Source of the DNA: Dirinaria sp. TL-2023a | Lineage: Eukaryota | Assembly (NCBI GenBank): GCA_051941275.1 | Contig: JAVEBF010000054.1 | Span: forward strand, 1 to 38,586 | Direction: 5' to 3' | Length of the DNA stretch: 38,586 nucleotides | Shown: positions 1 through 10,042 of the stretch, in pieces | Layout: every line of letters starts with the position of its first letter | Numbering within the stretch: the first letter of the stretch is position 1 | The notes under the pieces: generated by a model | The model's database searches: none | Told to the model about the DNA's origin: nothing | Seen by the model: only the letters and a program-made list of their open reading frames with translations | Position numbers and translations under genes: made by a program

Positions 1-249
1 GCGCTGTAGATTGAATGGCTTTGTTGTTGTTGAAAAATATTTTTCTTTCTTTCTTGAGGAGAATGAATGAGACTAGGTATTAGTTAGATTAAAGCGTTGG
101 TGTCTGGTTTCCCCTTTTCCTAGCTTTTTAAGGAAGGGAAGTTTTTCTTCTCTCTCCATGACCTTTTACACATACTTCCTTTTCTATTGATCTAAATAGA
201 TCAAGGAAAAAGGAAAATGGTGGGGAGGGGGGAGGGTGTAGCGGATATG

Positions 250-289
250 TAGCAATAGCAATAGCATAAGCAATAGCAATAGCATAGCA
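250..289. repeat. Imperfect (ATAGCA)n hexanucleotide microsatellite
   Basis: tagcaatagcaatagcataagcaatagcaatagcatagca read directly. Confidence 0.85.
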
Positions 290-469
290 AATGTGCTTTC
301 TCACAAACATCACCTTTTTCATAGTCCCATTTATGCTAAACAACTTCAATCCAATCTAGCTATATGTAAGAAGTCTTACGTGGTGTGTATTTCTCGGTTC
401 TTTGGAAAGGTTTAATACTATTTGAAGGGAAAAAAAGGAATGCCCCCGAATCGAGACGATATTTAATGC

Positions 470-477
470 TATGTACA
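470..477 (-). promoter_or_regulatory. Candidate Puf3/Pumilio element UGUACAUA in the NDUFS1 3' UTR
   Basis: Plus-strand TATGTACA equals minus-strand TGTACATA (UGUANAUA consensus), about 200 nt after the stop. The extent of the UTR is unknown. Confidence 0.4.
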
Positions 478-673
478 CAAATCTCGCTTTCCTTTTCCTT
501 TCCTGTTCTAGAAGGCGCTTACTCCATACCTAGAAGGAAAAGCAAAACACCGGCCCTTTCACAGTTCGCATATTGTCCTGCCCTAAACCCCAACCCCTTC
601 TCTCACACACGCTCTTTTTCTTCGTCCGGCCCCCTCCGACCCGAAAGGAACCGGTCTATGTTTAATAATTTCC

Positions 674-3291
674 TTATTTCGCAGCAACTTGCGGCGCGGT
701 GGTACCGTATTCGACCTGACTATTCGGTTCGCCGGGAGCCATGAAATTGGTCTGGGGATTACCCGTCTTTTTCGCGGCCGAGCAGCGGGCCATTGTGGGG
801 GAACTATGTCGCGAAAAAAAGAGGTGAGAATGGTTTTAGCCATATGAAAAGGGAGCAGAGACGGAATGAAAGGGGTAGAAGAAGGAAGGAAGGAAGGGGA
901 AACGGATCAAGAGACGTACCTCCTGCTGATAGCATCAGTGAGATAAAAGTCCTTGATAGGGAGCGTGAACGGCTCGCCGGTGCTTTTCGCGCCTTTGTTC
1001 TGGTCGACGAGCTGCACTTTCTGCAGCTGCGGCAAGCCGGTGCCTTCGACGACATCATACCGCCGTAATGCAGGGCTGATCTCCTCCATGCGATCGCGCA
1101 GCGCCTCGACGTCGTCGTATGGTAGCGGGGCGTTTACGAACTCGCTCGCGGCCCGGATAATCTTCCAATCGTCTCGTGCTGCACCCGGGGGACCCGTGGC
1201 GGCGCGGGTCATCTGAATGCGGCCCTCGGTGTTCAGATATGTGCCATGTTTCTCTGTGTACGCGGCCCCGGGCAGGATGACGTCAGCGAGCTGCGCGCCT
1301 TTGTCACCGTGGTGGCCTTGATAGACGACGAAGGCGTCTTTGGGGAGGTCGGAGGCGGAGATCTCGTCGGCGCCGAGGAGCCAGATGATTTTAGGTACTG
1401 TTGCCGCTACTTGGGGGGAGGGGACTGTGAAGCCGACTTCGTAAGCACCCGCGCGGGAAGCGGCGCGTTGGAGGACGTTGTAGCCTTGCCAGTCGGGGGT
1501 GAGGAAGTTTGCTGCGTTTTTGTCGACAAAGGAGCCGATGGTTTCGAAGATGGCTTTCGAGTCTGGGTGTTCGACGGCGGAAGAGCCGACGATGATCATA
1601 GGTCGTTTAGCGTTCTGGAGTATCTTGCCGAAGGAACCAGTGAGAGCTTTCTTGAGGGCGGCGGCGTCGTTGCCGAATTGTTCGTATTGGAAGGTGGAGT
1701 CGAAGGGTTGCCCAACCAGACCTATTTCCAGGTCAGAACGCAACCATTGTTTGCGGATGCGAGCATTCAGGCCGGCGGCTTCGTGACGTGGGTTTAAGTC
1801 GACAAGGAGGATGGCATCAGCCTCTTCAACACCATAAATCTTGGAATTGAACGAGTAGTTGGAGCGAACATCGATGCCATGGGCCACGGGCTGGCTTCCC
1901 TGGGGTTGATCAAGAGCAAGATTATCGGAGTTGAGCTTGTTAGCTAGGTCTTTCATCGCTACCAAGGTCTCTGTCTCCACCAGGTGACCAGCAATAGCTT
2001 TAAACTCATTTTCTTTAGGTGCTAATCGTTGAAAAGCGTTACCGACTTCGGTAAGGGCTTCTGACCAAGACGCTGGCTGAAATTGGTTTTCTCTTCGAAC
2101 GAGTGGTGTTGTCAACCTCTGAGTTTTGAGACCGTCGCAGGCAAATCTCGACTTGTCATTAATCCATTCTTCGTTCACATCATCATTAAGGCGGGGGAGT
2201 ATTCGCATAACCTGGAGACCACGTGCATCGACCCTAATATTTGAGCCCAGCCCGTCAAGAACATCAATAGACTCATAATGTTGCAGCTCCCAGGGACGAG
2301 CCTGGAATGCGTATGGTTTCGACGTCAGAGCCCCAACCGGGCACAGATCGATTACATTTCCTGACATTTCCGAATCAAGGGCCGTTTCCAGGTATGTTCC
2401 TATTTGCAAGTCATTCCCCCTTCCAGTGGACCCAAGCTCTGGTGCTCCAGCGACATCGTTGGCAAATCGCACGCATCTTGTACAATGAATACATCTGTTC
2501 ATCGACGTCTTGATCAAAGGCCCAATGTTTTTGTCCTCCACAGCACGCTTGCCACTGAGTTCATGAAACCGCCCTCGGTCGGCACCGTACCGCATGGACT
2601 GATCCTGCAAATCGCATTCTCCTCCCTGATCGCATATTGGACAGTCTAGAGGGTGGTTTGCAAGGAGAAATTCCATAATGCCTTCTCTTGCTTTGTGTGT
2701 GAGGGGCGAATCGGTCTTGACCACCATTCCGGGCTGCACAGGCCAGGCGCATGATGCTACAGGCTTAGGAGCCCTTTCGACTTCTACTAAGCACATTCGA
2801 CCTATATTTATTAGCTGGGAAGGCCCCCTCAGGAATGGGTGTTCTGTCCATACAATTTCCCGCGATCATGAGTTTCCTGTGGTGGTGAGCTTCAGCAATT
2901 GTCGGGAAAATTGGCATCGCCGGCACTTACTCGTGGTAGCAGTATCTAGAAAAAGCGTTCAGCGTTGAAAGCTCATAGCGCAAGGACAATGCCTTACCTG
3001 GGTATCGTAACCCCGGCCTTCTCACATGCCTGAATCAAGGCAGAACCCGCTGTGGCAATGGTTATTCCCCGTTTCAGAAACTCTACACGGGAGTGGCATA
3101 CCCTCTATAGAAACCTTCTTGCCATCTAGAACGCAATCAGTGCTATATTCGTGAAGCGTATGCGACGACCTACCGATTGTAAGCTCCACCTCGGCCGGCC
3201 TGGTGGGCGTGACGCTGAATGCCCTAGCGCCATGGAATCTGGGCTGTCTCACCGCTCGTGTTGCGGAGCGGAAGAGCGAACACCGCAGCAT
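674..3291 (-). CDS. NDUFS1: NADH:ubiquinone oxidoreductase 75/78 kDa Fe-S subunit, mitochondrial precursor (7 exons: 3291-3174, 3125-3102, 3049-2998, 2945-2931, 2876-2854, 2801-920, 803-674)
   Basis: The spliced product has an Arg-rich presequence, then [52 protein letters not shown] and DLCPVGAL (Fe-S ligands), ending ISRSSPTMARCS...AK*. All six introns are GT-AG and phase-consistent. Confidence 0.97.
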
Positions 3292-3964
3292 CGCTGCACG
3301 GTATTAAGAACAAACAAACAACGAGATCGAATAGAAAGCCGACAATGGGAGGAAAGACCTCCGCCACCACCTTGAACTTCTTTGGAGATGTCTTGGCTCC
3401 CACAGCCCTAGCGCTTGATTATCTATGCGCTTCTTTTAATTGGAGCAACAAGCGCGCTTCTCAATACGCTATTTGACGCTTTTGCATCTGGCCTTCCTCT
3501 TTCTCCCTCATACTCATTGAAGGGCGCGATTTATTGTAGGAGAATTCGGCACTGGTACATAAAGTACGCATCCCACCCTATTTTCCTCTGCTATGCGATC
3601 CGAGAGCACGGCTTTTTTTCCAGCGCCGTAGCTGGAGCAAACGAGGATTCGCTCCCTTGAAATTTCTGTTCCTTACCGACGGTCGCTACATCCTATAATC
3701 TGCAAGTTTGTCAATGAGTTCTGTTCTTCGAGGCTTTTTCAAAGTCTAAGTGTAGCGGGTCCGGCCTTCCATGACTATGTAGCTGTGAATGTGCAGAGGA
3801 ACAGCCAATGCTACGGTGTGTGGGAGGCTCGTTTCGATTTCAACGTGGCATAATCATGCATTCTGGTCTAATTGTAGCGGGTTACGAACAGCTAAGCAAG
3901 CATGACCTTACAATGAATCAAATCAGTAAATTCCACGTGCCGTGCAGTCCAATCTACTTCTAAT

Positions 3965-5659
3965 TTATCCCGCATCTTTCCATGGTCCTTCTTGCCTACC
4001 ATTGGGAGGCAGTCTTACATGTCCGTGAACGCCATAGTTATCCAGCGGCTTTTCAGATCCGCCTGCTTCTGCCTTTTTAGTATCGCTAGCCATCGGACTA
4101 TCTAGGTTGCCTGCAAACAAATGGCCCGACGAAGTGCTTATTGGGGTTTCGGTAACAGCGTGGCCACTAAGGAATGCAGAACCGGCGGCTAGCGGCAGCA
4201 GAGGATCAATTTTCATTTGGTCCATCTTCGCTTTTCGATCAGCCTTGGAAGCGTCACTGGTGCGGTCATAGAGATAGAGCCCGACAAAAGTGAGAGTAAT
4301 ACCAGCTGCTTGGATGGGAGTTGTACGGGAGCCAAACCAAAGAATGGAGAAAGTGATGACCACAACGCGTTTGATGAGGGAAGCCACCGAGTAAGTGACG
4401 GGTGAAACCATGGAGAGGAGGATAAAGGCTAAGATGTTTTGCGCAAAGTGAGAAACCCCGTTGAAGAAAAGTTCGACGGGAACGTAGATACTTGCGGCCG
4501 TTGGTGGGAGAACCGTTGGTTGAGATAGCGGAGAGTCTTGTAGATAAGACAGGAGCATCGGCAGGCCATCGCTCCAGATCCAGATGGGGAGGGTGAGAAG
4601 AAACGCGAGGCCAGAGCAATAGCAAAGGAGGTTCAGCTTGTCAAGTTTCCGTGACTGAGCCGAGGCACCGTCAGCCTCCGCGCGGGCAGCTTCGTTAAAG
4701 AGCTTCTTCGAGAAGATGTTCTGCGTGACGAAGACGAGGGCGCCACCAAATGCGCAGAAGATGCCAATTAAGTTGCCAGAAAACTCCACGCTGCATGCAA
4801 GAACCACGCCTAATGTAAGCGGTATGAGTGATAGATAAGTAGCCGTACCGTAGCGAATGCGAAAGAAGAAGCGGTAAGCTAGGACCGTGAATAGTGGCGA
4901 CAAGCCTTTGATCGTATGAACTAAGGAAACTGGTATCTTCTCGGTAGCTTCGGACGACAGTATGTGGCCACCTATCTGGAAGAGCGCAAGGGGAAATGTA
5001 GTGGCGATCACATCGCGGCTCGGATACCGGATACCATATCTGAGAGCAGGTATGGCGGACTTGATAGGAGGAATCAAATGGGCGAGGTAGGCGAAGAAGA
5101 CGCACCACGACGAGACGAAGGCGAATTGTACGAGAGTAAGGGTTATCGGTTTGGGGTAGATATTGAGGATGGATTTGGAAGAGGTATTCGTAAGAGCTGA
5201 GCTTATATACCAAATGATGCAAAGAGTCTGTTGAGGTTTAGCACTTCTCCCCGCAAACCCTTGGGTCGAGAAGCTTACGATAAGTTTGAACGATATTGGC
5301 GCCTTCAAGGCCTCCGCAATTTCCTGGGCGTTGGCGCTAACACTGCCTCTTCGGGTCCGTATAGTTCTGATCGCATCGCTGAGACTTGGTTGCCGTTTGT
5401 GTCGCGCGAGTCCTCGAGGAGGCCCTTCATCCCATGCAATATGATTGTCGCGTCGGTGCTGCCACCTGTCGCTGTATGCGCTACCGTTTGCTTTAGAGAG
5501 TGGCCTTGGGCTGGGTACTCTATCTCTCTCCTCTTCAAGGGTGGGTAGAATGTCTTCCGATGGTACTGATTGATCAAAGCTTGGAAATTTGATAGTCTCG
5601 CCGCGTTCTGAAGATGAAGACCATTGGAGCTCTGCTCTTGTCATAGTCACTGTTGACAT
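3965..5659 (-). CDS. SLY41: Triose-phosphate/nucleotide-sugar transporter (TPT, SLC35E) family protein, Sly41-like; one intron 5278-5228
   Basis: Motifs LCIIWYISSALTNTSSKSIL, IPVSLVHTIKGLSPLFTV, QNIFSKKL, LDKLNLLCYCS and VSPVTYSVASLIKRV, with multiple TM segments. 51-nt intron GTAAGC...GCTAAAC...CAG. Confidence 0.9.
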   Translation of the reverse strand: MSTVTMTRAELQWSSSSERGETIKFPSFDQSVPSEDILPTLEEERDRVPSPRPLSKANGSAYSDRWQHRRDNHIAWDEGPPRGLARHKRQPSLSDAIRTIRTRRGSVSANAQEIAEALKAPISFKLIVSFSTQGFAGRSAKPQQTLCIIWYISSALTNTSSKSILNIYPKPITLTLVQFAFVSSWCVFFAYLAHLIPPIKSAIPALRYGIRYPSRDVIATTFPLALFQIGGHILSSEATEKIPVSLVHTIKGLSPLFTVLAYRFFFRIRYGTATYLSLIPLTLGVVLACSVEFSGNLIGIFCAFGGALVFVTQNIFSKKLFNEAARAEADGASAQSRKLDKLNLLCYCSGLAFLLTLPIWIWSDGLPMLLSYLQDSPLSQPTVLPPTAASIYVPVELFFNGVSHFAQNILAFILLSMVSPVTYSVASLIKRVVVITFSILWFGSRTTPIQAAGITLTFVGLYLYDRTSDASKADRKAKMDQMKIDPLLPLAAGSAFLSGHAVTETPISTSSGHLFAGNLDSPMASDTKKAEAGGSEKPLDNYGVHGHVRLPPNGRQEGPWKDAG

Positions 5660-6233
5660 AGAGCAATTGGTCGACTATGCGGGTTAATGCGATGTCGTGA
5701 AGATAAGAGGCCTTTCCTAGTGTCGGAGCGTCCAGCGCTGTCCCAGCTGAAAGGCGGAAGGCTGGATATTGGTAGGCCCGTATGCAGATGAACGCAATGA
5801 GGACATTCTAGTGCTCTACACCTGGTAGATTGAATCGCTCAGGTTCATTGGCGAGTTAGGAAGAACTATGAGACAGTAGCAGCTTTTATTGACGTATCTC
5901 ATGTGGGCTTTGCTTGCACAGCCATACCTCGAATGCTCTTATGAAGATTCTGACTCCATGAATCCGTTATCAGTCTGCTCCCAGTGACACGATTACGAAG
6001 CTCTTTCAAGAAGCATCTCTAGCCGAACGGCAAGGAACTTATTTTCGCCGTCTTGGCAAGCCGAAAGAGGCGCCTTAGCCGCCATGATATGATGCCAAAC
6101 AGGACTACAGTACAGAACTCATCCAGGTGCATGAATTCTCGAGGACCAGATCCCCAGTTCATAAAATAGCAAAATAGTGAAATTTAAAAGCAGTTAACAA
6201 ACCTCTTAAAGAATAGTAAGCAAGTGATACGAG

Positions 6234-9200
6234 ATGTCAATTCAGCCGCAGGGAGTGGCGGAGCCAGCATTGGGCTTCTCAAAGCATTGGGATTTGCTGG
6301 GACCGTTCCAAGTCGGGACGCGGGGTACATCCGTCAAACGTGCGTGAGAGAACAGCCAATTTGCTGACGAGATGTTCCAGAGGCAACGTGGGGCGCTGAC
6401 CCTTTAGAACGCCTTGGTGGCTTTCCCTCGCTGACACCGACTGAAAGCGCCAACTATAACAGTTCATTAGGAACAGATGGAGTAGTGCATTGGTCAACCA
6501 CACGAGCTCATGTATTCAATTCTCATCCTAACGTCGCAAGCGTACAACTTGCGGTCCATTTTCCCAGCATTGACTGGGAGTCTCTTAGATCTATTTATGG
6601 ATGGCCTGCCTTGCAATACCAGGCATGGGCAAGAGGATCTCTCGTCCTTCAATGTGAGCAGATACTTGTAATGTATACTGACTATGTGCTCGAGTTCTGG
6701 ATCGATGACAAGCCGCATTTCGGAGGCGACTTTTACGCACATCGTAATGCGCCGTTGGTGCTCCATCTTGACCCAGGGGATCACAAGCTCGACGTCCGAC
6801 TAATTCGGGACGTTCGCGCATTTGGTGCCAATGATGAGCCCACGATTGAGCTTGAGTTACGTTGTGAAAGGTCAAAAAGCCATCTCACGCTGGACGCCGA
6901 CAAAATGCTTGTCGCGGACATAGTAGATGGCGTCTTAGCCAGTTCTTTTGCAAGTGTACCAGTGCGAAATGAGTTTCAGACCTGGATAGACGTACGCAGC
7001 ATCCAGTCTATAAAGGTAGCTTCACAGTCTCCTTCTCTTTCCTTTTTTTTTTCCGACCTCTAACCAAAGACTCAAGGATGACTTCGTGGCTTTCATGTTT
7101 CAGAGCGGTCCACTGCGGATAGCACCTGGTCAGACTAGATCCTTAAACTTCAAGCTATTGCGCAAAGGTGATTCTTCGACGCTTCGCTGCGTGGTGAAGT
7201 ACAGTTTAGGAACCACACCTACTATGTGTTGCAGCGAGCTTGTATCCTATGAATTGGCTCATCTCACCGTCCGTGACCCTCACAAGATCACCTTCATGCA
7301 TCAAGAAAATGCAGTATCCTATGCCATCCTTCGCCCACCTTCTGAGAGAGCCAGCAAGATGCGCAAGGATGAAGTGTGGCCTATAATGATATATCTACAT
7401 GGTGCAGGCGTTGAAGCGGATAGTGAGCAGGTACGCACCATGTTCGATTCTGTCCCGGATCTACGGTGTTGGCTCCTATCTCCGAGCGGGATGACATCGT
7501 GGAGCGGTGACGATTGGCGTAAGTCTTCGAAAAGTCCGGTGAATAGGCTTGCAACAAAACGTACAGCTTTATTAATTAGTCAACTGGTGAATGGCTCGAA
7601 ATTCAATATGGAGCGGCTTGGTTTTCACTGCATAGGTTTTTGACTAGCTGCTAGGCTCCGCTGTAGGAGCCATCATCTAGCAATGATTCTGGCTTTTCTT
7701 TGCGCTTTGTAGAAGCTCATCATGCTTATTGCTATTCAGATACATGGGGCTTCGCCGATGTCGACGCTGCTATAGCTGTGGTACCAGCATGGATCGAACG
7801 TGTTAAATGGCGGGGCCCATCCGTCGACATCAACAAATGGCTTGTTGTCGGACACTCGAACGGTGGTTCGTGCGTCTCAAGACATTCCAAACCTGAAGAC
7901 TAATCGGCAAAAGGTCAAGGCGCGTGGTACGCGCTCACTCATCGCCCAGACAGAATCATAGGTTGTGCGCCTGTCTCGGGCTACTCATCCATACAAAGTC
8001 AGCAAAAAAATGCGTATTTCAGGCATAGCCTGTCTCGTACCGTAGATTCTCACATTAGTAGGTTATGTGCCGTACGAATGGTGGACCGAAGCCGACCCAA
8101 GAATATCATACATTCTTCGCAGCGCTACTGCAAGCTATCGCCATGAGCTTCTCCTAGATAACGCTTCTGGTATACCTTTACTAGAACAGCATGGTGGTGC
8201 TGATGACAATGTTCCTGTGTTTCACTCACGCCGTATGCGTCAAATTCTTTCTCCAAGAGATCCTTCGTCAACCACACCAAGATATGTCGAGCTTGCTGGC
8301 CGAGGCCATTGGTTTCAGGATATCATGGCAACGCCACAGCTTCAACGTTTTTATCAACAAGTATTGAACGAGTCTTCTGCCAAGGAGGCACCTCCGCCAT
8401 ATTTCGGAATCGTTGTTGCAAATCCTGCTGACATGGGCTCTAAGAATGGCGTCATAATAGAGCAGAAGCAACAGCCTGACCAGCTCGGAAGAGTAAATAT
8501 CCGTACTGAAGTAGGAACAGATCATGAAATCGGCACATGGGAGGTCGAAACCTCGAATATCGTTCGCTTCCGTATAGACAAAGCAGGTCTCGGCGACAAC
8601 GCTCCAAGCTATGTGATCGTTGATAGCGACAAAGTAAAGCTGCCGTCAGAACAACAGAAATGGAGCGAAATCAGTCTTTTTCGGTCCAAAGACAATACTT
8701 GGGTCGTAGGTCGATGATATCACCTATTGTGCCATGAGCTAATGCAAGCAAGGGCTCGTACGACCAAGGCTGGAGAAGCCTAGCGCAACGTCATGGTGCG
8801 CAGCTGGGGAGCATCGAGGCCATCCTCCGGGGTCGAGGCCCCCTAACTATTCGCATGTCTCAGACCGCGGCATTCGACATTGCATTGCAAACAGCTCGAA
8901 ATTTATATCAATACTTTAGAGCTGACGCGGAGATCCGTGGTCCGGATGCCGATGTGTCAGACTGCGAAGGCAACGTCATTCGCATTGCCTATGGCCGTGA
9001 GCTTGAGCCTTCGGCGCTGTCAGTGTTTCCGATCCAAATTGACCCAGGCAGAGGACTTTGCATCCGCGACAGCAGTGGAAGACAACACATTTACAAGTTC
9101 CGAGCAGGTCTGGGTGTTGCAATGCTCAGACCGTTGGTGGGAGCACGGCTCGAACTGGTCCTTTGGGGGTACGATCTCGAGGGTCTTCGGTATGCAGCTC

Positions 9201-9346
9201 GGTTGATTCCCATGCAAACTGGGGTGGGCCAACCTGACTTTGTGGTGGTCAGCCAGCAATGTGCATGGAAGGGTGCTGCAGGAGTTGCTGCGATGGGATT
9301 CTTGGACAGTTCATGGCAGGTTTCTGGAGCTTCTTACCTCACTTAA
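6234..9346 (+). CDS. Conserved fungal alpha/beta hydrolase, peptidase S9-like (introns 6325-6380, 7016-7076, 7519-7739, 7866-7913, 7998-8061, 8706-8752)
   Basis: The spliced frame joins ORF pieces 6485, 7086, 7700, 8067 and 8855. It contains LHGAGVE, the nucleophile elbow GHSNGGQG, the acid motif HGGADDNVP and the His motif GRGHWF. The start codon choice is less certain. Confidence 0.85.
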
Positions 9347-9375
9347 GGGTTAGGAGTGAGGTCGAGGGGTTGCTT

Positions 9376-9446
9376 TACCTTAAGGTAAGGTACGGCACAA
9401 ATAGCCGATACCTTACCCTACCCTACCTTACCCTATTACCTTACCT
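9376..9446. repeat. Cluster of TACCT/TACCC pentamer-like repeats containing the palindrome TACCTTAAGGTA
   Basis: taccttaaggtaaggta...taccttaccctaccctaccttaccctattaccttacctt read directly. Confidence 0.7.
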
Positions 9447-10042
9447 TCCCTCCCCTCCTTTAATCCAAATAATGCAAGGTGGGTCGGGTGGATAAGGGCT
9501 ATGTCTCCTCGCCTGCAGGGATCCTTATCAAGCGATGTTGAACTATTTGGAAGACAACCATCATTAGCGCTAAGCGCCATGGCCCGCTTGATATTAAATC
9601 ATCTCTTTTACTTAAGGTACCTTATGCTCCGCCTCACCCTCCTTTCCTTACCACTGTCAGCACTGTCGACCAGTCGACACCTCTGCGTCAGTTTGCAGAC
9701 CTTCTTTCTATGTTTGAGCTTGACTGTATCGCTCCTTCCCAAGATCACTGTAGATAATCTACAAACAAGTCTCTCCTTCCTACCTCGAGGCAGCTTTGCC
9801 ATCTTGGTGGATCCCTCAAACCCTCTCGAGCGCCCGGGCTCTTCGCTTCTGCAAAAACTCATCTGTTCAACATCGCAATCATCTATCACCCATCGATCCT
9901 TGCTCGGAGCTTTTGGAGACTTTGTGTTTCACCTTCGTCGTCCACCTACTGCCAGTGTGCCAGCTCCCTAAGTACAATCTGTACCAAGTGTATCTATAAG
10001 TACAGGTATCTTCCATCATCACTTGACCCTCCATCCATCGAT

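Noticed and set aside
1246..1797. 183-aa plus-strand ORF and similar long antisense or alternate-frame ORFs (for example 4695-5222, 12037-12564, 15861-16316, 23350-23829, 36254-36724)
   Set aside because: They are shadows of well-supported genes and carry no recognisable motifs.
9501..9971. 156-aa ORF upstream of the PUF gene
   Set aside because: L/S-rich translation of a pyrimidine-rich promoter or 5' UTR with no domain signal. A uORF role cannot be excluded.
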